DNA of 41,180 nucleotides from Verrucomicrobiales bacterium (GTDB lineage: Bacteria; Verrucomicrobiota; Verrucomicrobiia; Verrucomicrobiales; DEV007): NCBI GenBank assembly GCA_013911195.1, contig JACETS010000001.1:1-41180 (forward strand), written 5' to 3'. The translations under genes were made by a program, and so were the position numbers. Within the stretch, counting starts at the first letter, position 1. Each line of letters begins with the position of its first letter. Positions 31,410-40,203 of this stretch are shown here, one piece after another. The notes under the pieces are model-generated. The model did no database searches. It was not told the origin of the DNA and saw only the letters and a program-made list of their open reading frames with translations.

Positions 31410-33422
31410 TTACATGTAAGACATTTCAATAAAGCCTTCAAGTTTCCTAATACGAGTAGGATGTCTCATTTTTCTTAAGGCCTTAGCTTCTATCTGTCTA
31501 ATCCTCTCACGAGTGACTTCAAATTGTTTGCCCACTTCTTCTAAAGTTCTGCTGTATCCATCACATAATCCGAAGCGCTGTTCTAATACAGCTCTTTCTC
31601 GTTCGCTAAGTGTATCAAGGACGTCCTTAATCTTGTCCTTAAGCATAGCAAAGCCTGTTGATTCCATTGGATTTTCCGCACTAATGTCTTCAATAAAGTC
31701 ACCAAAACTTGTGTCATCGCTGTCACCTACAGGTGCTTGCAAAGAGATCGGCTGTTGTGCCATTTTCAATACTGCTCTTACTCTTTGTACAGGTAGATGT
31801 ATTTCTTCAGCAATTTCGTCAGCACTAGGTTCTCTGCCGTATTCCTGTACAAGTTGCTTTTGAACTCTCATCAACTTGTTAATCGTTTCAATCATATGAA
31901 CTGGAATACGTATAGTACGTGCCTGATCTGCAATTGATCTAGTTATAGCTTGCCTGATCCACCAGGTTGCATAGGTAGAAAATTTATAACCTCTTTGATA
32001 TTCAAACTTTTCTACTGCCTTCATTAAGCCCATGTTTCCTTCCTGGATTAGATCCAAGAACGATAAACCTCTATTGGTGTACTTTTTAGCTATTGAAATA
32101 ACTAATCTTAAGTTCGCCTCAACCATTTCTGACTTAGCGCCAATTGAAGCCTTTACCCATTTTCTTAGTTCTTTGTAGCTGCTTTTGAAGTCGTCCGGTT
32201 TGTGCCACGCTTCTAAACAGTACTGGTCCAATTCAATTTTGGAGTCGTTCTTTTTTTCTAGTCTTAAGAATTCCTTATTAAAGGATTGAGCTTTATCAAG
32301 AAATTCTTCTACGACGGTTTCTTTAAAGTGAAACCTTTTGTACGCCTTATTGAGTTTTTTAATAAGGTTGTCGTAATCAGTTTCAAGATCTTTTCGTCCT
32401 GTAACTCTAGGTTTTTGTAAGGTTGTATAGATTGTTGAAATTTGACGAGATGTGTCAGTCACATTGTTTATGAGTCTTTTTAATGATCTCATATATTTGT
32501 CGCGACTGTTTATTTCCTTATCAGAAATAACTCTGTCAAAACGTTCTTTGCTCTCATATAATCTGTTTGCTACTTCCAGATAAAGCTTTGAGGCGAAACC
32601 AAATCTATGGAGTATTTCTTGGGCTTTATTTTCAGCCGTTTCGATTCTTTTCGATATCTCTACTTCCTCTTCTCTTGTGAGAAGTGGGACTTGTCCCATT
32701 TGCTTTAGATACATTCTGACTGGATCATCAAGGATATCTAGTTTGGCTTGAGGTTTATGTGGGGCGCCTTCTTCTTTTTGCTTTCTGATTTCACCAACTT
32801 TATCAACTTGAGAAGCGTCAATAATATCAAACTCCATATTATTGAGTCGCATGATGATAGCTTCGGTCAGAGCAATCGCATTTTGGCCATCATTTTCTAA
32901 AGCTTCATTTATATCATCATAAGTTAGATAATCTTGTTCTTTGGCAAGCTTAATTAAGTGGCGAAGTTTTTCTTGTATCTGGGGAGAATCTATATCGAGG
33001 GGGGTGTCACTTGTTATAGTTGAATCTCCCAAAGACTGAGTGGAAATAAAAGATTGTGAATTATCCTTTCTTGGTCTTCCTCTTGGCCGTTTAATTCTTG
33101 GGTCTCCGATGATTCCATGTTCCTTAAGAATTTTTTCTCTTAATTCCTCTTCCTCTCTAGTGGGTCTACCCCTTCGTCTTTTTGGTAATTCAATAACCCC
33201 TTTTATTGTATTAACTTTTTCCATCGGAATATCGCTAATAGAATTCGATGGTTGGTTCTCAGATTGAATTTTATCTGACTTAGATTTGTTTTTACTTCCT
33301 TTAGGTCGTCCAACTGAACCTTTTTTCTTCTTAGGCGGTATGGCTACCTTTTTTGAAGCGTTCTTAGGACTAGAAGATCTAGTGTTTTTCTTTCTGGAGG
33401 TAGTGGAGGTTTTTCCCGCCAT
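31410..33422 (-). CDS. rpoD: RNA polymerase primary sigma factor (sigma-70, RpoD) with a ~140-aa basic N-terminal extension
   Basis: Region 1.1 [12 protein letters not shown], region 2 [30 protein letters not shown], region 4.2 [30 protein letters not shown]. Located downstream of dnaG, as in the classic dnaG-rpoD arrangement. Confidence 0.93.
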   Translation of the reverse strand: MAGKTSTTSRKKNTRSSSPKNASKKVAIPPKKKKGSVGRPKGSKNKSKSDKIQSENQPSNSISDIPMEKVNTIKGVIELPKRRRGRPTREEEELREKILKEHGIIGDPRIKRPRGRPRKDNSQSFISTQSLGDSTITSDTPLDIDSPQIQEKLRHLIKLAKEQDYLTYDDINEALENDGQNAIALTEAIIMRLNNMEFDIIDASQVDKVGEIRKQKEEGAPHKPQAKLDILDDPVRMYLKQMGQVPLLTREEEVEISKRIETAENKAQEILHRFGFASKLYLEVANRLYESKERFDRVISDKEINSRDKYMRSLKRLINNVTDTSRQISTIYTTLQKPRVTGRKDLETDYDNLIKKLNKAYKRFHFKETVVEEFLDKAQSFNKEFLRLEKKNDSKIELDQYCLEAWHKPDDFKSSYKELRKWVKASIGAKSEMVEANLRLVISIAKKYTNRGLSFLDLIQEGNMGLMKAVEKFEYQRGYKFSTYATWWIRQAITRSIADQARTIRIPVHMIETINKLMRVQKQLVQEYGREPSADEIAEEIHLPVQRVRAVLKMAQQPISLQAPVGDSDDTSFGDFIEDISAENPMESTGFAMLKDKIKDVLDTLSERERAVLEQRFGLCDGYSRTLEEVGKQFEVTRERIRQIEAKALRKMRHPTRIRKLEGFIEMSYM

Positions 33423-33466
33423 AAAATTGGTTTGTTACTATGGTTTTTCTTAAAACTGTAGTGAAT

Positions 33467-35305
33467 TTATTCCCGTGATTCTTCAATATTCGTTAGGGCC
33501 TTTTTGAAATCAAGTAATTCTTTTCTTTGAGACTCAACTTTGCTCGTTATTGTCAAAATCTCCTCATTTGAGATGCCTTCTTTTCTCGAAAATGTTTTGT
33601 TTAGATCAATTTTATCTTGCAAAGATTTTATTTTGAGCCTGATAAGTGACTTTTTGGCATCCACTAATGATAAATGAGCAAAATCCTTCAAAATGATCGA
33701 GTTAAGAAAGGTTGATATATGTGAATCTTTCGAAGAAATGAAAGCATTAATATCTTCTGGTTCCTCTGAAGACGGTAGTGATTTAAATAGTTCTGATAAA
33801 AGATCGAAGTCTTTCAGTGGTTTTAATTCTTCATTTATATTAATCGAGTTACGAATCCATTCTTTTGTATCAGCATCAGTTAGTGAAAGTTTGATTAAAA
33901 TTTCTACATCTTGCTCAGCATTAATAATATCATGTTTCTTTGACTCATTTGTACTTGGATGCACTTGAGATGTCTTTTTATTGAATGAGTTGACTACTCG
34001 TTTCCTAAATTCGTCTGCAGAGATGCCGATTCTGATTGCTACGTCGTTGATGTAACCGTCCCTAGCTATAGGATCATTAACTTGGCTAATAGTTGTTGAT
34101 AGCTCATTGGCAAATTGAATTCTATCTCTTGGATTGTTTAGGTTTAATTGGCCTGATAAGGTTTCGATTTGATATTCATGAAAGGGTTTTGCTGATGTCA
34201 CTAGATCAATGAATTTTTCTGGCCCGAAATTTGTTATTAATAAATCAGGGTCATAGTTTTCAGGTAATTGTAATGCTCTAATGTATACACCTACTTTAGA
34301 AATTTCCTCATACGCCCTTAAGCTTGCTTTATAACCAGCTGAGTCTGAATCAAAGCACAAAATAACCTCTCCGTCCTGACCAGTAAATCGTTTTAATAGA
34401 TTCACGTGCTTATCAGTTAGAGCCGTTCCCAACGGGGCTACGACGTTTTCTATCCCATTCTCGAAGCATCTGATTAAATCAAGCTGCCCTTCACAAATAA
34501 TAACGGATTCTTTTTTGGCTATTGATCGTTTGCTTTTGTTTAAACCAAAAAACACATTACTCTTTTTAAAAGCTAAAGTTTCAGGCGAGTTAACATATTT
34601 TGCGAGTTTGTTTTGGGGAGAAAATACTCTTCCGCTAAATGCTATGGTGTCACCATAGTCATTGTGTAATGGAAACATTATTCGATTTCTAAATCGTGAG
34701 TAAACTCCTTTGGAAAAATCTTCCTGATCCCTATATGACATTAATCCACTCGCAACCAATTGTTCATTGTTAAAACCTTGAGACTTACACCAAGTTTGAA
34801 AAATATTACCATTTTCTGGAGCCAATCCGATTGTCCAATTCTTCGCAATCTGGATATCAATTTTTCTTTCTTTTAAGTATTTTCTAGCAATACTGGCTTC
34901 AGATGAATTGCTTTTAAGCAGATACTCATGGAACCAAAGTGATGCGGTTTGGTTGATGTGAATGATTTTCTTTTTTAGTAAGTTCTCCTTGGTCGTTTTC
35001 TGATCGTATTCATCCTCTTTAATTACTATGCCGGCACGATCTGCTAATCGTCTGACAGCAGAAGGAAAGTCGAGGCTCTCGTATTCCATTACAAATCCAA
35101 TAGCATTACCTTTAGCCTGACACCCGAAACAATAATACCCTTGTCGGCTTGAGCTTACCTTAAATGAAGGGGTTTTTTCCGAATGAAATGGGCAGCAAGC
35201 CCAATAATCTTGACCTTTCTTTTGTAAAGGGAAGTAACCTTCTATAAGTTCAATTATATCAGTTGAGCCAAGAATTTGTTGGATAGTCTCTTCGGGTATT
35301 GGCAT
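33467..35305 (-). CDS. dnaG: DNA primase DnaG
   Basis: Zinc ribbon CPFHSEKTPSFKV...YYCFGCQAKGN. TOPRIM motifs IICEGQLDLI and LCFDSDSAG. 612 aa. Confidence 0.92.
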   Translation of the reverse strand: MPIPEETIQQILGSTDIIELIEGYFPLQKKGQDYWACCPFHSEKTPSFKVSSSRQGYYCFGCQAKGNAIGFVMEYESLDFPSAVRRLADRAGIVIKEDEYDQKTTKENLLKKKIIHINQTASLWFHEYLLKSNSSEASIARKYLKERKIDIQIAKNWTIGLAPENGNIFQTWCKSQGFNNEQLVASGLMSYRDQEDFSKGVYSRFRNRIMFPLHNDYGDTIAFSGRVFSPQNKLAKYVNSPETLAFKKSNVFFGLNKSKRSIAKKESVIICEGQLDLIRCFENGIENVVAPLGTALTDKHVNLLKRFTGQDGEVILCFDSDSAGYKASLRAYEEISKVGVYIRALQLPENYDPDLLITNFGPEKFIDLVTSAKPFHEYQIETLSGQLNLNNPRDRIQFANELSTTISQVNDPIARDGYINDVAIRIGISADEFRKRVVNSFNKKTSQVHPSTNESKKHDIINAEQDVEILIKLSLTDADTKEWIRNSININEELKPLKDFDLLSELFKSLPSSEEPEDINAFISSKDSHISTFLNSIILKDFAHLSLVDAKKSLIRLKIKSLQDKIDLNKTFSRKEGISNEEILTITSKVESQRKELLDFKKALTNIEESRE

Positions 35306-35428
35306 CAGTTTAATTGCCTATTAATCACTTTGATTTGGTGAAAATAAAAAAGTTATGCTTAGGGGTGTTCTGGTATTAGTTTAATTCGTAAGAATAAGTT
35401 ATGGTGGAGAAAAAAGAATAAAAATTTT

Positions 35429-37618
35429 ATGAATAGATTAACTAAATTTCTGGTTCTGTTTTTTTCTTTTTTTCAATGTTGTTTTAGCACGGCTCAAGGT
35501 CAGCAAATAAAGGACATCAATTCTAAGGTTGTTGTCATAGAGATAAATAATTACTCTTTTGTTAATTTAGACCAAATAAAATATCTAGAGAATTCAATCA
35601 TAAAAATTAATAGAGCTAAACCAAAAGCTCTTCTAGTAAAGATCAATTGTTCAGGCGGTTTGGCTTCAGAATTAAGAGATTTTATAGAATTATACAAAAA
35701 TCTAAAGATTCCCAAAGTTGCTTACATTACCGGAGATGCTGCTGGTCCTGGAGCTGTTGTCGCTTTGTCGTCTGATCATTTGTATGTTTCTTCCGAGAAT
35801 TCAATAATTGGAGGTGAAACTAAATCTATTGAATGGAGAGGCTCGTCAGAATTACTACCTAAGAGGCTTACCGATTTAAGGTATTTTGATCTTACAGAAG
35901 ATATGTCTGCGATTTTTAATGCCGATGATGTTAAGAAAAATTTAATTCTTGGTATATGTGATATAAATCGAGAGATCCTAATTGCTAATGAGATCATTTC
36001 AAGATCTGGAGACATTTTGAAAATCTCTAATTCTCAGTTCGATAAATTCTCTATATCAGGTGGTGTGGCTGAAAGTGTTTCTCAAATTCTTGAGCGGCTA
36101 AAATATAATTCTGAAATTGTTTATTTTGATCCTCCCAAAACAACTATAAGACGAGAACTCATTAAGAAAACTAATCCAATAACTATAGGTTCTACTTCAG
36201 AGAATTCATCGAACCAAAGTGATGATGAAATTGGGAAAACCAAATTGGAGAGTTACAAAGATAAGATTGTAGTAATCCCTGTAGGAATGGAATCACTTAT
36301 TAGAGAAACAAAGTTTGAATTCATGAAGAGAGTTATCGCCAAAGCAAATACTGATGGTGCTTCAGCTATCATTTTTGATCTTAATACACCTGGTGGTATT
36401 GCTTGGTATACCGAGGAAATTATGCTCTCTGACTTACAGAACCTTAATGTTCCTACATATTCGTATGTAAATCCAAAAGCTATGTCTGCTGGTGCGCTTA
36501 TAGCAATTGCAACTGACCATATATATATGCATGAGCCATCAACTATTGGTGCAGCCGCACCAGTCATGGGTAACGGTCAGGATATACCTGAAGCTATGTT
36601 GAAAAAAGTAATGAGTGATATACTTGCTACTGCTGATGATGTAGCGAGATTAAAAGGCCATGACCCTTTAATTGCAAAAGCATTTGTTGATTCAGAGATA
36701 GAAGTACTCTTTGAAATACCAGTAATATCTACAGATGGAGATCTCACGACTAAAAATGCTTTTTCTCCTGATGATGAAAACGATTTGCTAGTTTTGAATG
36801 CATGGCAGGCAACACAAATTATAGACGGCAAACCTTTGTTTGCTGAAGGGCTGGCAGATTCTATTGATGATTTAATTCTTAAGGCTGGCTTGAATGGAGA
36901 AACTATTGTTGCTAAACCGCTAGGGTTTGAATATGTCAGTGATCTTATTGTAAAGCTTGCTCCCTGGCTTTTGTTATTTGGTATTGCTGGAGCTTATATG
37001 GAGTTGAAAGCCCCAGGCTTTGGATTGCCAGGGTTTGTATCTCTCATTTCATTTGGACTGTTTTTCTTTGGTCATAACGTAGCCGGTTATCTTGCAGGTT
37101 ATGAAGTTGTTGGAGTTTTTATTTTAGGGCTCGTCTTACTTATTTTAGAGTTTTTTGTTTTTCCAGGGATCATTATCCTAGGTCTTTTGGGAGCAATATT
37201 GGTAATTGGTTCATTGATATATACTATGGTCGATCCATTAGATCTTGGATGGAGTGGTGAAATAAACATTTCAAACTTTATATTAGTTTTGAGTGATCCT
37301 TTGATGAATGTTTGTATTGGAATGTTTGGTTCTTTTATAATCGTCCTATTTTTTATGCGTTTTATGAATAGTATACCAATAATGAAAGGAATGGTGTTGA
37401 CTGAAGGCGCTGAGCTGACTTCGGATGAAAGTCATAAAAACAACTCTTTATTGGGTAAAGACGGTAAAACTTTAACTGATCTCAAGCCCTCTGGATCAGC
37501 AATGATTGATGGTGAGCGAGTTGATGTCGTATCTGACGGTGAGTTTATTTCTAAAGAAAGTAATGTTGTCGTTTCCAAGCATGAAGGGCTCAGAGTGCTT
37601 GTTGAAAGGTCAGATTAG
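35429..37618 (+). CDS. NfeD-like membrane-bound ClpP-class serine protease with a duplicated protease-like domain, TM block and C-terminal NfeD OB domain
   Basis: The second domain has NTPGG and the nucleophile context PKAMSAGALIAIATDHIYM..STIGAAAPV. The first domain has NCSGG but GDAAGPGAVVALSSDHLYV, with Gly in place of Ser. Four to five TM helices follow. The C-terminus is GKDGKTLTDLKPSGSAMIDGERVDVVSDGEFI...VVV. Confidence 0.7.
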   Translation: MNRLTKFLVLFFSFFQCCFSTAQGQQIKDINSKVVVIEINNYSFVNLDQIKYLENSIIKINRAKPKALLVKINCSGGLASELRDFIELYKNLKIPKVAYITGDAAGPGAVVALSSDHLYVSSENSIIGGETKSIEWRGSSELLPKRLTDLRYFDLTEDMSAIFNADDVKKNLILGICDINREILIANEIISRSGDILKISNSQFDKFSISGGVAESVSQILERLKYNSEIVYFDPPKTTIRRELIKKTNPITIGSTSENSSNQSDDEIGKTKLESYKDKIVVIPVGMESLIRETKFEFMKRVIAKANTDGASAIIFDLNTPGGIAWYTEEIMLSDLQNLNVPTYSYVNPKAMSAGALIAIATDHIYMHEPSTIGAAAPVMGNGQDIPEAMLKKVMSDILATADDVARLKGHDPLIAKAFVDSEIEVLFEIPVISTDGDLTTKNAFSPDDENDLLVLNAWQATQIIDGKPLFAEGLADSIDDLILKAGLNGETIVAKPLGFEYVSDLIVKLAPWLLLFGIAGAYMELKAPGFGLPGFVSLISFGLFFFGHNVAGYLAGYEVVGVFILGLVLLILEFFVFPGIIILGLLGAILVIGSLIYTMVDPLDLGWSGEINISNFILVLSDPLMNVCIGMFGSFIIVLFFMRFMNSIPIMKGMVLTEGAELTSDESHKNNSLLGKDGKTLTDLKPSGSAMIDGERVDVVSDGEFISKESNVVVSKHEGLRVLVERSD

Positions 37619-37956
37619 AGAATTTGAAAATTACTTAAATCTTTTGTTAATAAGTTGTGAATAATATAAATTTATAAAATATCTAAATAAATATTCTAAA
37701 ATTGTTATTCCTTAGATAATTTCTACACTGTAGCTCTCACACCTCAAAATTTTTGATATAATGCTTAAGGCGTTTATCTGTATCTATATAGGGATATTCA
37801 TACCTAGATATAATACTCAAAGAGGATAATATTGTATAAATAGATTTAAAAAAAGTGAAGTGAGTGATTTTTTAAATTATTTAATTATTAGTTGTTTTCA
37901 TGATCACTAACAATAAATAATTAATTGTTAACAACTTTGGTAATTAAATAGTTTAT

Positions 37957-39423
37957 TTAATGCTCTTGCTCTCTTGCTCGATCAGCAAATCGGATTTGGC
38001 TATCAATAAATGTTAGAGGAACGTCACCTATAGGACCGTTTCTTTGTTTGGCGACAATAAAAGTAGCTTCTCCCTCGAGGTCGTCTTTTTCATCGTCATC
38101 GTCAGCATAACGTTCGGGCCTCATCAATAATCCAACAACATCAGCGTCTTGTTCAATCGAACCTGATTCTCTAAGGTCACTGATTCTAGGTCGGCCACCT
38201 TTTCGTTCTTCAGGATTCCTGTTGACTTGTGCTAATACTATAACAGGTATGTGTAATTCTTTGGCCAGCGCCTTCAGGCCAGAAGAAATTTCTGATATTT
38301 CAATTTGTCTGTTATCTTTTGCTCTTCTTGTAGTTGATTGCATCAACTGAAGGTAATCAACGACTAATAGTTGGATGTCGTCTCTTTGTTTCATTCTTCG
38401 AGCTTTTGCTCTCATTTCTATAATGCTTATACTAGGAGTCTCATCAATAAGCATTTTACTCTTAGATAATTCTCCTGCGGCTTTCATTAGCTTAGGGAAA
38501 TCACTGCTATCAGGAATGCCTGACCGAATTTTTTGGCTGTTTACTCTTGCTCGGCTGCATAATAACCTTTGAACAAGATCTTGGGTTGTCATTTCCAAAC
38601 TGAAAACGGCAACAGCTTTTTCTTGGTCTACGCAAACGTGTTCAGCAATGTTCATTGCGAGTGATGTTTTACCCATACTTGGTCTTGCTGCGATGACGAT
38701 CATTTGTCCCGGTTGAAGACCATTTAATAAATTATCAACATCTCTGAAGCCAGTCGCTAAACCTTGTATTTGACCTTTATTCTCATACATTGATTCAATG
38801 TTTTCAATAGCGCTCAACACATGATCTTTCATTGTCAATGATTCAGTGTTCTCCTGATCTTTGTCGCCAATATCTAAAATATTTTGTTCTACAAGATCTA
38901 GAATTTGCGAAGCGTCACCCTCGTGGGTGTAAGCTGAATTAATGCATGTTGTACATGTCGATATAATTTCCCTAAGTAGATGCTTTTCTTTAACAATATC
39001 TACATAATATTCAAAGTGACTTGCGTCAGGGACAAAATCTATAAGATCTAGCACAGCACTTGGTCCACCTACTTTGTCCATCAAGTTTTCTCTCATGAGA
39101 GATTCTTGAAGTGTAATAGCATCTATTGGTTTACCTTCATCTGAAAGTTTTATTATTAACTCATATAGGACTTTGTGAGAGGGAACATAAAATGCATTCG
39201 GATCAAGTATTTGAATGGCTTCAGTTGCGATTTCGTCAGGGGACTGAAGCATTGCACTTAAGACACCTTTTTCTGCATCTGTGTTATTTGGAAGTGCTCT
39301 TGATATATCCTTTGAAGTATTGCTATTTGGCGAAATTTTCTTATTGCCTGATGAATCCTGAGAAGAAGAATTTCTCTGAAAGTCTGGTATCCCGCTTGAT
39401 GATTCTATTTTAGCATTTTCCAT
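37957..39423 (-). CDS. dnaB: replicative DNA helicase DnaB
   Basis: 488-aa ORF with the N-domain AEKGVLSAML, Walker A ARPSMGKTS, LVVDYLQLM and ISDLRESGSIEQDADVV. It has a ~45-aa Ser/Asn-rich N-terminal extension and no intein. Confidence 0.93.
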   Translation of the reverse strand: MENAKIESSSGIPDFQRNSSSQDSSGNKKISPNSNTSKDISRALPNNTDAEKGVLSAMLQSPDEIATEAIQILDPNAFYVPSHKVLYELIIKLSDEGKPIDAITLQESLMRENLMDKVGGPSAVLDLIDFVPDASHFEYYVDIVKEKHLLREIISTCTTCINSAYTHEGDASQILDLVEQNILDIGDKDQENTESLTMKDHVLSAIENIESMYENKGQIQGLATGFRDVDNLLNGLQPGQMIVIAARPSMGKTSLAMNIAEHVCVDQEKAVAVFSLEMTTQDLVQRLLCSRARVNSQKIRSGIPDSSDFPKLMKAAGELSKSKMLIDETPSISIIEMRAKARRMKQRDDIQLLVVDYLQLMQSTTRRAKDNRQIEISEISSGLKALAKELHIPVIVLAQVNRNPEERKGGRPRISDLRESGSIEQDADVVGLLMRPERYADDDDEKDDLEGEATFIVAKQRNGPIGDVPLTFIDSQIRFADRAREQEH

Positions 39424-39555
39424 TTCATTTAATAAATAGAAAAAACTTCTTGGCTAATAAAGAAAATAAAGCGTCGCATGTAATAATTAAATTCATGCTA
39501 CTAATCATTTTATTAAATGATTACGAGTTAATATGATTAACTTGTGGGAATAGTG

Positions 39556-40044
39556 TTACTCATCATCTGATGCATCATCTTGAGCTGCAGCAGAAACCTT
39601 AATTTTGAGAGTAGCATTAATATCTTGATGAATTTTGACCTCGACCTCAAAGTCACCGGTTCTCTTGATCGGTTTTTTTAGCATTATTTGCTTGCGATCA
39701 ATGTCTCTAAATTGTCTATCAGTTTCAGCCAATGAATCCTGAATGTCCTTTGATGTAACTGATCCAAATGCTTTGCCTCCTTGACCAGTTGCTAGTTCAA
39801 ATTTAAGTCTTTGTTTGTTTAGTCTATTGGCTAGTTTTGTAGCTGATTCTATTTCATTAGCTTCCCTAAGCGCTCTTGCTTTCTTGAGCGCTTCAATATG
39901 TTTGAGGTTGCCTTTAGTGGCTTCATAGGCTTGACCTCCAGGAATTAAGTAATTAAGAGCATAACCTCTTTTCACTTTGATGACATCAGCCTCAGCTCCA
40001 AGATTTTCTACTTTTTGTTTTAAGATGACCTCAATTTGAGACAT
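39556..40044 (-). CDS. rplI: 50S ribosomal protein L9
   Basis: 162-aa ORF. N-terminus IEVILKQKVENLGAEADVIKVKRGYALNYLIP. Acidic C-terminal tail. Sits upstream of dnaB, as in many bacteria. Confidence 0.92.
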   Translation of the reverse strand: MSQIEVILKQKVENLGAEADVIKVKRGYALNYLIPGGQAYEATKGNLKHIEALKKARALREANEIESATKLANRLNKQRLKFELATGQGGKAFGSVTSKDIQDSLAETDRQFRDIDRKQIMLKKPIKRTGDFEVEVKIHQDINATLKIKVSAAAQDDASDDE

Positions 40045-40203
40045 AGGTTAAAAATGGTTAAGTTTTGACAATAATAATTCCTAAAAAGGGGAGCTTTCTT
40101 TAGACTGTTAATTTACATTTGTCAACATGTACTGCTTTTATAGGGATAAATTTATGAATAAATTGACCATATTCATTATGCTAATGTATCTTAATTAGTT
40201 TTT

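Noticed and set aside
37656-37664. A DnaA-box-like TGTGAATAA in the large AT-rich spacer next to dnaB, considered as a possible oriC.
   Set aside because: It is a single one-mismatch box with no cluster of boxes, no dnaA/dnaN nearby, and a high probability of chance occurrence in DNA this AT-rich. I also looked for a dif-like XerCD site (…ATAATGTATATTATGTTAAAT) and found no convincing match.
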